From Bradymonadales bacterium (GTDB taxonomy: Bacteria > Bdellovibrionota > UBA2394): a DNA stretch of 64,000 bases. The notes beneath the pieces are model-generated. The model searched no databases. It was given only the letters and a program-made list of their open reading frames with translations, and was not told where the DNA came from. Below, piece after piece: positions 49,191 through 58,367 of this stretch. Location of the stretch: positions 13,013 to 77,012 of the forward strand of contig REDG01000024.1 of assembly GCA_007693605.1 (NCBI GenBank), given 5' to 3'. Positions within the stretch are counted from its first letter, which is position 1. The number at the start of each line of letters is the position of its first letter. The position numbers and the translations under genes are program-made.

Positions 49191-51082
49191 CAGCTACCCA
49201 AACTCCAGGCTCCAAACAAAAGAACGATAATGCCAATCCAAACCCAAAGAACATAGGCCTGAAGAACGCCCGTCTGTAAGCGTTTAAAACGAAGCGCAAC
49301 CGAGTTGGCGAGACGGCCCAAAAGGTGAAGACTTCCGTCGATCATCCCTTGATCAACGACTCTCCAACAAAGCTCACCCGCCCTTCTCAAGTTTCGAACG
49401 AAGAGGAAATCATAAATCTCATCGATAAAGTATTTGCCTTTGAACAAGCGAAAGCTCGAAGATCGAAAGTCATCGCCTCCGACAAAAGCTCGATACTTCC
49501 ACCAGGCCAAACCAAGCCCCGCGACGGCAATCCCAACTTTCATCAGAAGAGATCCCCAACTGACTTGCGAGTCGACAGAGCCTTGGTAGACCAAGTCTCC
49601 GAAATAACTGGAAAGCCACTCGCTGCCGCCCCAAGCTCTTGGCCAATTGATCACCCCTGCGACGGCAGACAAACTGGCTAGCACCACCAAGACCGCTGTC
49701 ATATTGGCAGGAGACTCATGCACCTCGTGATCAGAACGAGTTCGTCCAAAGAATGTCATGAACCAGAGTCGCCCCATATAGAAAGCGGTCATCAGAGCGG
49801 TGGCCAGTCCAAGCCCATACAACCAAGGTCGATCCGCCAGTTTGGTCATCAACAGAATTTCATCTTTGCTCACAAAACCAGACAGAGGCGGAATGCCCGC
49901 GATGGCCAAAACTCCAATCGTCATCGTCCAAAAGCTGAGGGGCATCTTTTTTCTAAGCCCCCCCATTTTTCTCATGTCCTGCTCGTGATGCATTCCATGA
50001 ATCACCGAGCCAGCTCCCAAAAAGAGAAGGGCCTTAAAGAAAGCGTGGGTAATCAAATGAAAGTAGGCGGCAACGGGTGCGTTCAAACCAACCGCCAAGA
50101 ACATCAAGCCCAACTGAGAGATGGTCGAATAAGCCAAAACCTTCTTAATATCGAATTGAAAGATCGCAATCGTGGCCGCAAAGAAAGCTGTCGCTCCACC
50201 CATATAAGCCACCAACTCCAGCACTTGTGGGTGAAGCAAAAACAACCCCTGCAGACGACAAACTAAATACACTCCCGCCGTGACCATGGTCGCCGCATGA
50301 ATGAGTGCAGATACGGGAGTGGGGCCAGCCATCGCATCTGGCAACCACACAAAAAGAGGAATCTGAGCGCTCTTTCCTGCTGCCCCCAAAACCAAACCCA
50401 AGCAAGCCCAAAGACTGTACTCCAACTGCCAATCGGCAAGTCCTCCCTCTCGAACCAAAACCAAGAGCTCTGGAATGTTTAAGGTTCCAAAAGCGCGATA
50501 CAAACAAAACATTGCGATCAAAAAACCGAAGTCTCCGATCCGGTTAACAATGAAAGCCTTTTTTCCGGCTTGGGCGTTCGCCAAATCTTTGTTCCAGAAA
50601 CTGATCAAAAGATAAGAACAGAGGCCCACTCCCTCCCAACCCAGAAAGATTCCCAAAAGATTGTCAGACCAGATCAGAATGAGCATGGCGACGACGAAAA
50701 GATTCAAATAAGAGAAAAATCGACCAAATCCCGGGTCTCCGTGCATATAGCCAACAGAGTAAATGTGAATGAGAGCGCCAACACCCGTCACCACCAATCC
50801 CAAAGCTAAAGAAAGAGGGTCAAGCAAGACAGAGAAGCTTGCAAGATTGCTTGGTCCGACACTAATCCAGCGAGCGAACTCCAGCTGAACAAAAGAGTCG
50901 ACCTTAAAAAACAAGATCAGCGTGCACAAGAAACTAATGCCCAAGAACGAGCTGGCGGCATAGCCGGTCAGCTTTTCGCCCAATCGGGGGCAAAGCCAAA
51001 ACCACAGCCCTGCTCCAAGAAGCGGAAGCAAAACAGCGACTCCGGAGAGTACAGCAAAAATCGAGTCTATGTCGTTCGTCAA
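49190..51082 (-). CDS. nuoL: NADH-quinone oxidoreductase subunit L
   Basis: 630 aa with a VWLPDAMAGPTPVSALIHAATMVTAGVYL motif. Confidence 0.9.
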   Translation of the reverse strand: MTNDIDSIFAVLSGVAVLLPLLGAGLWFWLCPRLGEKLTGYAASSFLGISFLCTLILFFKVDSFVQLEFARWISVGPSNLASFSVLLDPLSLALGLVVTGVGALIHIYSVGYMHGDPGFGRFFSYLNLFVVAMLILIWSDNLLGIFLGWEGVGLCSYLLISFWNKDLANAQAGKKAFIVNRIGDFGFLIAMFCLYRAFGTLNIPELLVLVREGGLADWQLEYSLWACLGLVLGAAGKSAQIPLFVWLPDAMAGPTPVSALIHAATMVTAGVYLVCRLQGLFLLHPQVLELVAYMGGATAFFAATIAIFQFDIKKVLAYSTISQLGLMFLAVGLNAPVAAYFHLITHAFFKALLFLGAGSVIHGMHHEQDMRKMGGLRKKMPLSFWTMTIGVLAIAGIPPLSGFVSKDEILLMTKLADRPWLYGLGLATALMTAFYMGRLWFMTFFGRTRSDHEVHESPANMTAVLVVLASLSAVAGVINWPRAWGGSEWLSSYFGDLVYQGSVDSQVSWGSLLMKVGIAVAGLGLAWWKYRAFVGGDDFRSSSFRLFKGKYFIDEIYDFLFVRNLRRAGELCWRVVDQGMIDGSLHLLGRLANSVALRFKRLQTGVLQAYVLWVWIGIIVLLFGAWSLGS

Positions 51083-51086
51083 GCTA

Positions 51087-51392
51087 TCACACCCTCAGTT
51101 CCGTTGCCTCATCCACACGAATATTTTTCTTTAAACGAAAGAGGTTCAAAATAATCGCAAGCCCCACGGCCGTTTCGCAAGCTGCCACGGTGATGACCAA
51201 GAAATAAATAATATGGCCCCCTTCGTTTCCGTGAAGCTTCGAGAAGCTCACAAGAGCAATGTTCACAGAATTCAACATCAACTCTAGGCTCAACAGAATA
51301 GAGAGGGCATTTCTTCTGGTCAAAAAACCACAAAGGCCGATAGCAAAAATGCCGAAACTCAAAAACAGTAAATGAGCAATTCCAATTGTCAT
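51087..51392 (-). CDS. nuoK: NADH-quinone oxidoreductase subunit K
   Basis: 101 aa, three transmembrane segments, with a LSLELMLNSVNIALV motif. Confidence 0.85.
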   Translation of the reverse strand: MTIGIAHLLFLSFGIFAIGLCGFLTRRNALSILLSLELMLNSVNIALVSFSKLHGNEGGHIIYFLVITVAACETAVGLAIILNLFRLKKNIRVDEATELRV

Positions 51393-51916
51393 GACAGCTT
51401 CGACCCCTTCGGCTTTTTATAGGCTAGAAGACCGACACCAACCACCGCGAGAAGCAAAACAACCCCGGCCACCTCAAAGCCCCAGACATATCGTCCCAGC
51501 AGTGCCCTTGAAAAGCTTTCAATGCTCCCAAAGTCGCTCGCCCTTTCAACCTCAGAAAGAGGCGCCAAAAGTTCTGGAGTCGCGACATGTAAACACAACA
51601 GAACCGCCCCAATTCCTCCTAAAAAGAGCACAAAGCTGGCCCAAGACACCGATGTCTTTAGACCCAGCTCTTCTGGATTTAAGTTTAAAAGTAGAATCAC
51701 AAAGGTAAACAAAACCACAATCGCGCCCGCGTAAACCAGGAGCTGAATAATCGCGACAAAGTGGCTCCCCATGATGACATAAAGAATCGAAGTTAAAAAA
51801 AAGTGAAGAATCAGCCACAGGGCCGCCTCGATCGGACGAGGGCGAAAGGCGACAAGCGCGCTGCTCCCTAGAAGGAAGATCGCCAAAATATAAAATGAAA
51901 TGTCGAGACCTGTCAT
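51389..51916 (-). CDS. nuoJ: NADH-quinone oxidoreductase subunit J
   Basis: 175 aa ND6-like protein with QLLVYAGAIVVLFTFVILL. Confidence 0.8.
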   Translation of the reverse strand: MTGLDISFYILAIFLLGSSALVAFRPRPIEAALWLILHFFLTSILYVIMGSHFVAIIQLLVYAGAIVVLFTFVILLLNLNPEELGLKTSVSWASFVLFLGGIGAVLLCLHVATPELLAPLSEVERASDFGSIESFSRALLGRYVWGFEVAGVVLLLAVVGVGLLAYKKPKGSKLS

Positions 51917-51932
51917 TTTCCTTTGTTCTCTC

Positions 51933-53018
51933 TTAGGTGAAGGCGATTATTCCTGCCGTCAACACAATATTAAAAATAGCTATGGGCAAAAGGGTTTTCC
52001 AACCCAAATCCATCAGTTGATCGTATCGAAAACGAGGAAGGGTCCATCGAACCCAAACGAACAAAAACAAGAAGAGAGAAACCTTGAAACAAAACCAAAA
52101 GACCGCCAAAAGTGTCCCAAAAAGAGATTCGACCACATCGATTCCGATCTGATCCCAGTTTAGGCCTGGCAAAAACTCCCAGCCTCCAAAAAAGAACAAG
52201 ACGCACATCGCTGAGACCGTTGTCATGATCGCGTATTCGGACAGAAAAAAGAGTCCGAATTTGATGCCCGAATACTCGGTATGATAGCCCACCACCAACT
52301 CCGCCTCGGCCTCTGGCAAATCAAAAGGAGTTCGATTGGTTTCCGCATAGATGGCCGGAAGAAAAACAATGAAAGCAAGAATGCCCGGAAAGATATGCCA
52401 CATTTCCTTCTGCGACTCGACGATTCCCACGAGATCCACTGAGCCGCTTAAGAGAACCACAGACACAATCGCCAGCCCGGCCGCCAACTCATAGCTAATC
52501 ATCTGAGCAGAGGCTCGAAGCGAGCCCAGTACCGAAAATTTGTTGTTACTCGCCCAGCCCGCCAATACGAGGGCATACACACTGAGTGCTGTCACGGCCA
52601 TCACAAACAGAATGCCGACATTCAGTTCCGCGATCTGAAGCCTCTGTGGAGTTTCGAAAAAACCTCCGAGCGTGGTGGGCGGACCAAAGGGGATGACGGC
52701 AAAAGCCGTCGCTGCGGGTAAAACCGCGAAAATGGGGGCGAGCAAAAAATAAGGTTTGTTCACCTGGCTTGGCAGAAGCGGTTCTTTGAAAAAGAGCTTG
52801 ATGCCATCCGCAAGAGATTGAAGCAGACCAAACGGGCCCACCCGATTGGGGCCGTGTCGATCTTGTATCAATCCGGCAACTCTTCGCTCGACCCAAATCA
52901 TCACCGGAGCCACCACCCCGAAGACAACCCCAAAAAAGAGAAGAATCTTAGCGAGCAGAAAGACCCAGAGAATTCGTTCGTCTGTCCACCAGCCGCTTGA
53001 AAACAAAGAATCAAGCAT
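51933..53018 (-). CDS. nuoH: NADH-quinone oxidoreductase subunit H
   Basis: VERRVAGLIQDRHGPNRVGPFGLLQSLADGIKLFFKE motif. Confidence 0.9.
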   Translation of the reverse strand: MLDSLFSSGWWTDERILWVFLLAKILLFFGVVFGVVAPVMIWVERRVAGLIQDRHGPNRVGPFGLLQSLADGIKLFFKEPLLPSQVNKPYFLLAPIFAVLPAATAFAVIPFGPPTTLGGFFETPQRLQIAELNVGILFVMAVTALSVYALVLAGWASNNKFSVLGSLRASAQMISYELAAGLAIVSVVLLSGSVDLVGIVESQKEMWHIFPGILAFIVFLPAIYAETNRTPFDLPEAEAELVVGYHTEYSGIKFGLFFLSEYAIMTTVSAMCVLFFFGGWEFLPGLNWDQIGIDVVESLFGTLLAVFWFCFKVSLFLFLFVWVRWTLPRFRYDQLMDLGWKTLLPIAIFNIVLTAGIIAFT

Positions 53019-53021
53019 ATT

Positions 53022-53399
53022 CTATTTATTCCAATCTAAGAGACCGCGTCTCCACTCATAAACTAGGCCTAAAGTTAAAATGAACAGGAAGATCGCCCCG
53101 ACCACAAAGATATAGGGTCCATTGCCTGAGTCGACATAATCTCGAAAGCTGAGGGCCCAGGGGATCATGAAAATAGTCTCGATATCAAACAAAATGAAGG
53201 AGACCGCCACCAGATAGAATTTCACGCTAAAACGAGTGCTACCGACCCCTTCTGTGGGAATTCCACACTCGTAGGGGTTCAGCTTATTTGGGTAAAATCG
53301 CTTAGAAGCAAAGATATGGGTGGCTACAACGGCTCCGATGCCGATTGCAAGCCCAATCCCCAAAAGTATCCAAATCCCATGATAATCGGCAAGATTCAC
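53022..53399 (-). CDS. nuoA: NADH-quinone oxidoreductase subunit A
   Basis: 125 aa with an ND3-like NPYECGIPTEG motif. Confidence 0.85.
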   Translation of the reverse strand: MNLADYHGIWILLGIGLAIGIGAVVATHIFASKRFYPNKLNPYECGIPTEGVGSTRFSVKFYLVAVSFILFDIETIFMIPWALSFRDYVDSGNGPYIFVVGAIFLFILTLGLVYEWRRGLLDWNK

Positions 53400-53574
53400 G
53401 CTAGGAGTCTAATTCAGTCCATTTCTAAGCGTCAACAAGCGCCTATTCTATTTTCGATTCATGACACCCCACAGAAAAAGGTTGACCCGCCTTGTCACCA
53501 AGCCTTGTAATATGATGGAAGGCTAGTTTTAGCGTGGCTGCTTTTGGACGAAAGCAGGGTGTGAGGGGAGAAAC

Positions 53575-54081
53575 ATGGCTGAGCGCGTACGAATCATTAA
53601 GAAGTATCAAAACCGAAAACTCTACGACACGGAAGACAGTTGTTATGTCACTTTGGACGGAATCGCCAAAATGATTCGAGAGGGCCAGGAGATTATCGTC
53701 ATTGACAACAACTCCAAGCAAGATGTCACCGCTTTAATTTTGACCCAAGTTCTTTACGAGCAAGAAAAGAGCAAACAAAGCGTTTTGCCGGTCAGCATTC
53801 TGACTCATATCGTTAAGTCGGGCAGCAACAACCTTTTTGAATTCATGCAAAAGTATATCTTCGGGGCCGTGGATGCCCATTTGAAGATCCGATCGGATTT
53901 GAAGCTTCATGTGGAAAGGCTTGCCTTAAAGGGAGACCTTAGCCCGGAAGAGAGTCAACGGCTTCTTGAACAAATCGAGAGTCAGAAGCAGATCTATGAA
54001 ACTTCGGCGACGACCGAGAACGCAGCGCCCGCCGCTGCATCGGCCAGCCAAAGCGACAACTCATCGAGCGTCTCAGCATAG
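53575..54081 (+). CDS. phaR: PhaR-family polyhydroxyalkanoate synthesis repressor
   Basis: N-terminal IKKYQNRKLYDTEDSCYVTLDGIAKMIREGQEIIVIDNNSKQDVTALILTQVL matches the PhaR DNA-binding domain. Confidence 0.8.
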   Translation: MAERVRIIKKYQNRKLYDTEDSCYVTLDGIAKMIREGQEIIVIDNNSKQDVTALILTQVLYEQEKSKQSVLPVSILTHIVKSGSNNLFEFMQKYIFGAVDAHLKIRSDLKLHVERLALKGDLSPEESQRLLEQIESQKQIYETSATTENAAPAAASASQSDNSSSVSA

Positions 54082-54605
54082 CGGTCCATTTGGATTGGTG
54101 AGAAAACCGATTTCCCCGAGCCATCTGGAACAAACTCAAATCACTGCCCTCTAGCCAGCCTGAGATTTAGATTATCGACCTGCATGCAAAGCAGATGGGC
54201 CTTTAGCGCTTCATGGGGAGTGGTGATAAAGGTCCAGATGCGAGAAGGCTAGTGGCCCAACCGGTAAATTGTTTCCGTGTTGTGCTGAGGCCAGTTTGAG
54301 GCGATGCAAGGCGGCAGCGAGGCGCATATTGGACATATGCAACGAGCGACAACGCCGCAGCGGCTCAAAAGGGCCCAGCCCGAAGGGAATCAAGCTTTTG
54401 CCCCGACTCAGCGTTGCTCGGGATGGCATAGGTACTCAACCTGATCCCACCCTCGCGCCTTGATTCGAAGCAGAAGCTTGATTCACAACATGAAAAAATT
54501 TACCGGTTGGACCACCAGAAGTGAGCAGCACAGTGTGGTTATGATGCCACTCGAGCAGCGCAGCGACGCAGCCGCCGAAGCAGATGGGCCCTTAGCGACA
54601 CTCCC

Positions 54606-55013
54606 CTAGTCGGAGAATGCGCCTGCAGAAGGCCTTTCATACCGCTCCATCTGCCGCTTTTCGTTTTCGGCCTCTGTAGCGCAATCAATGCACAAGTCTG
54701 TCATGGGACGGGCTTCTAAGCGCGCCACCTCAATGCCTGCACCGCAGGTCACGCACTCACCATAGCCACCCTCTTGCATTCGCCGCAGAGCGGTTTCGAT
54801 CTTCCGAATGAGCTTTCGTTCTCGCTCTTTAAACCTCAAGTGACGGCTTCGATCGAGCTCTTGAACTGCTTGATCGGTGGGATCTGCAAATCGTTCCTTT
54901 GCGTCTGTCTCCAGATTTTTGGCCACTTCATCGACCTCGGCTACCAGCTCGGCCAACCTTGCCCGCAAACTCTTCTCTAAATCTTTCAACTTTTTCTTGG
55001 TCAAATTTGCCAT
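54606..55013 (-). CDS. dksA: DksA/TraR-family C4 zinc-finger transcription factor
   Basis: Coiled-coil region followed by CVTCGAGIE.....CIDC. Start taken at MANLTKKK. Confidence 0.8.
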   Translation of the reverse strand: MANLTKKKLKDLEKSLRARLAELVAEVDEVAKNLETDAKERFADPTDQAVQELDRSRHLRFKERERKLIRKIETALRRMQEGGYGECVTCGAGIEVARLEARPMTDLCIDCATEAENEKRQMERYERPSAGAFSD

Positions 55014-55158
55014 AATAAACGCTCCTCGAAAGCTGAGGCATTGAATAATGAAGACGGAAGAGAATATCAAATGAAATCTCAAAAAATTAATTTCGCGATC
55101 GGCCTAGCTCAGACTTAATTCCATTGTCTGATCAGAGATATCGGGTAAAACTTGGGGA

Positions 55159-55998
55159 ATGTTAGTTCCTTATCGGAATACGACCCTAATTTTGACTTTC
55201 GTTAGCTTGCTTCTGGTAGAGGCCTCTGAAGGGGCCTCTCCGAGCCTTTCAGAGCTCTCAGGAACGAGCCTCTCGTTGGGGGGGGCCTATGTCACGGCTG
55301 GTGAGGATTTGGACGCCTACCGGGGGAATCCTGCCCTCTTGGCGACCAGGGCGGGAAAAAACTCCTTTGGGGGAAACTGGCAAAAACTTCCTTCTGCGGG
55401 CTCTAGCTGGCAAATCGCCGCCACAGACGGCAAACGGCGAGTGATCAATGGCCTTCATTTCAACTGGTGGGAGCAGGGCTCCTCTGAAAAGTTGAGTTTC
55501 AGCTTTGGAGGAGCCTACAAGACTTCTTATGGAGTCGCCGGGGTGACCACAAGCCTGATCCGCGTGAAAGGAATTGAAGATATTAAGGGATGGAAGTTCA
55601 CGACAGCCGCAGGAATTCTCACCCCCGCCTTCCATGGGCTTAGCATCGGAGTCAGCCTAAAGAATGTGCTCGACCGAGTGGAAAACAAGGTGATGCCACC
55701 AGAACTGGCAATGGGCCTTCGGTTTGAGCATCGACTCGTCTTTGTGCACCTTCACACCGACCGAAGGTTTTCCATTCCCAATCAAGACTGGAACTTCTCC
55801 ACAGGCATTGAAGTGCTGATGCAGCAGTTCTTCAGCCTTCGAGGAGGCTACCGATTTGATCGCTCAAAGGGAGACTCCTATTTTTCTGTGGGGGCGGGAC
55901 TGAAAGCTCCCCGCGCTGATTTAAGTGGATTCTTTATGCAAACGACCAAGGGAGACAAGGCAAGGGGCTTTGGATTTCAAGCCCTCTTTTTATTCTAG
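55159..55998 (+). CDS. putative outer-membrane beta-barrel protein
   Basis: Signal peptide, alternating hydrophobic beta-strand pattern and a C-terminal aromatic residue (…ALFLF). Confidence 0.4.
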   Translation: MLVPYRNTTLILTFVSLLLVEASEGASPSLSELSGTSLSLGGAYVTAGEDLDAYRGNPALLATRAGKNSFGGNWQKLPSAGSSWQIAATDGKRRVINGLHFNWWEQGSSEKLSFSFGGAYKTSYGVAGVTTSLIRVKGIEDIKGWKFTTAAGILTPAFHGLSIGVSLKNVLDRVENKVMPPELAMGLRFEHRLVFVHLHTDRRFSIPNQDWNFSTGIEVLMQQFFSLRGGYRFDRSKGDSYFSVGAGLKAPRADLSGFFMQTTKGDKARGFGFQALFLF

Positions 55999-57182
55999 AA
56001 GTTTGTTGCCTCAAGAATCCTCTGAGACAAGAACGAGGCGATTTTTTCTCGACCCTCCAGAGGAACGGGCTCTTCTTCTCCCCCCATAAAATAGGCTCGA
56101 TGAGTCTCTGCCTTAATCTCGTCTAGGAGATTGCCAATCACCCACTGACAACCGACCCGATTCTGAAGATCTCTCATTTGCTGAAAGAGCTGCTCTAAAC
56201 TCAAGGTCGACTCTAGTTTGAAGCCCACATTGATGGAGCGCGGATCGATAAACTCATCAATCATTTTTGGGCTCGCTTCCAAATCAACGCTCCAAATCTT
56301 GTCTTGAGAACTTCTCTTACCCCGCTCACGATGACCAAATTCAAAATCAAGAACAGCGGCAGCAAAAATTTGAACGGCAAAGGGTTCGAGCTTCTTCAAG
56401 TCTTTGGCCCTCTCCAACATCTCCTGGCGTGTTTCCACCCTTGTTACCGCGAGATAGGGCGGCACAGGCAATTCGGTAGGACCCAAGATCAAGTTGAGCT
56501 CAAAACCCCAACGATACAAGTCCTTCGAAATCTCTACTCCCAGTCGACCGCTTGAACGATTCGAAAGAAACCGAATATCATCGAGATAAGATCGAGTGGG
56601 CCCCGCAAAAACCAAAACGGAACGGTCTCTTCGATTCATCCCATGGCAGACCCGTGCCACAATCTCTTCTGGCTCTGAAGACTTCGCCTTCGATTCTTCT
56701 CGCTTGGGCTCTAAGATCTCAAGTTGTGCAATCTTCCCCAAAGCCTCCCGATGTGAACGATAGGCCGGAGATTCAAGCAAGCTTTCATGCATGGTCGGCT
56801 GAACAAACACGGGCTTTCGACCCAGAACACTCTGAACGGCTGTCGAAGCAGGACAATCCGCCAAGCCCAAGGCAAGCTTTCCTAAAAAATTGAGACTTGC
56901 CGGCGACACCACCACCGCATCAGCACCCGAAATATGTTCGGCCTGACCACTCAACTGAGTGACAACGGCTCGCTCAGAGGCCCACTCAAAAACCAGAGGC
57001 TGAACAAAGGAGGCTGCATTCTGAGTGAAAAGAACTCGGACCTCAGCGCCGTAGCGTCTCAGTTCACGAATGATCTTTGGGCTCTCGATGGCGGCAATCC
57101 CACCTGAGACCACAAAGTCTACTCGCCGTCCTTTAAGCTGATCCCCCAAAATATTGACTTGTCGATCCGATAGCTTGGTCAC
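55995..57182 (-). CDS. coaBC: bifunctional phosphopantothenoylcysteine decarboxylase / phosphopantothenate-cysteine ligase
   Basis: N-terminal flavoprotein motif (VVSGGIAAIESPKIIREL..GAEVRVLFT) and the C-terminal CoaB domain. Confidence 0.85.
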   Translation of the reverse strand: MTKLSDRQVNILGDQLKGRRVDFVVSGGIAAIESPKIIRELRRYGAEVRVLFTQNAASFVQPLVFEWASERAVVTQLSGQAEHISGADAVVVSPASLNFLGKLALGLADCPASTAVQSVLGRKPVFVQPTMHESLLESPAYRSHREALGKIAQLEILEPKREESKAKSSEPEEIVARVCHGMNRRDRSVLVFAGPTRSYLDDIRFLSNRSSGRLGVEISKDLYRWGFELNLILGPTELPVPPYLAVTRVETRQEMLERAKDLKKLEPFAVQIFAAAVLDFEFGHRERGKRSSQDKIWSVDLEASPKMIDEFIDPRSINVGFKLESTLSLEQLFQQMRDLQNRVGCQWVIGNLLDEIKAETHRAYFMGGEEEPVPLEGREKIASFLSQRILEATNF

Positions 57183-57255
57183 GGGCGACTCTTAACCCTT
57201 TTTTTGGCCGAGGTCGAGTAGACAGCCGACTCGAAATCCGCTCAACTAAAGGCCT

Positions 57256-57729
57256 GTGAATTGGGTCCTGCTTATTTGTGCTCTCTGGTCAATCTCCGTC
57301 CTCGGCCTGATGAGAAGCGCTCTTTGGCTCCCCGTTGCCACTCTATTGGTGCAGCCCGTCGAATTGATTGCAATGGCCATGCTCAGCCTTCTATTGGTCG
57401 CCTCGCTCATGGCTCCGCACAAAGAGAAGGCTTTTGACCTCCGAGACTTTCAGAGGGACCGCTTCGGCCTCTTGCTGTTTTTGGTGGGAGTTCTCGGCGG
57501 CGTGCTCTACCCCCTTGAGGCGCTACCCGCCATGTTGGTTTCAAGTCTCTGGGTTCTCATCTTCTGGTTTGCATGCAAGGCCTTCAAGTTTCCGCTGGCC
57601 CGAGTCTGGTTTTTTCCAAGAAGTGTCCGAGGCCTTTTGGCGGCTAGCTGGCTCTTTTGTTGGCTCATCTTAAGTGAATTTCAAAATCCCTTGGGGAACT
57701 TCTTAGAATTGGCGGAGGCCGCATTATGA
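57256..57729 (+). CDS. hypothetical integral membrane protein
   Basis: Four or five predicted transmembrane helices. No recognisable family. Confidence 0.35.
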   Translation: MNWVLLICALWSISVLGLMRSALWLPVATLLVQPVELIAMAMLSLLLVASLMAPHKEKAFDLRDFQRDRFGLLLFLVGVLGGVLYPLEALPAMLVSSLWVLIFWFACKAFKFPLARVWFFPRSVRGLLAASWLFCWLILSEFQNPLGNFLELAEAAL

Positions 57730-58367
57730 CCAAGCTCTTTTGTCCCAGTCGATTTGAAAGAGTGAAACTCCCATCAAGACTCATCTCGCGAACATTTGGA
57801 ATGGGCCCTCAGGCCGCCAGAGAACTTGCGAATCGTTTAAATCTCACTCGACCCCGAGGGAAAATCATCCTCTACGGCTCCGCCGGAGCTCTCGACCCCC
57901 AGCTACAAGTGGGAGAATCCTTTCTTATCCATGAGCTTCGATTGAAAGACTCTGAACTGAAACTCTCTCTCAACATTCCCCACTCCTTAAGATTTTTACC
58001 TCAAGCAAGCTGTCTGACCACCGACGAACCCGTGCTTCGAAGCCAAGACAAACAGAGTCTTTTTGAACAGTTTCAGCTTCAAATAGTCGACTGCGAGATG
58101 GCGGCCTTCATGGACTCTCTTGTCGAGGATATGCACTCACAGATCATCTTTGTTCGCACGGTCATCGACTCGTCTCAACACTCTCTTCGCTTTCTAGAAG
58201 GCTCTCAGATTCGGTGGCCTTCTTTGGTAAAGCCCACTGCTCTATTTGATTTTCTTCGAATCTCAAAGAATTTTCTGATCTACCATCGCTCGATGTCCGA
58301 ATTTCTAGAACGAGTTTATCAACTGTCAGTAACAACTTCTACAGAACCAGAAGCCTCTCAACTCTAA
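57726..58367 (+). CDS. nucleoside phosphorylase-family (PNP_UDP_1) protein, MTA-nucleosidase/futalosine-hydrolase-like
   Basis: GMGPQAA......ILYGSAGAL pattern of the phosphorylase family. Tentative. Confidence 0.35.
   Translation: MTKLFCPSRFERVKLPSRLISRTFGMGPQAARELANRLNLTRPRGKIILYGSAGALDPQLQVGESFLIHELRLKDSELKLSLNIPHSLRFLPQASCLTTDEPVLRSQDKQSLFEQFQLQIVDCEMAAFMDSLVEDMHSQIIFVRTVIDSSQHSLRFLEGSQIRWPSLVKPTALFDFLRISKNFLIYHRSMSEFLERVYQLSVTTSTEPEASQL

Noticed and set aside
49718-50266. 182-aa plus-strand ORF inside nuoL
   Set aside because: It is antisense to nuoL, which has diagnostic motifs. Its composition is hydrophilic and basic, typical of an antisense membrane-protein artefact.
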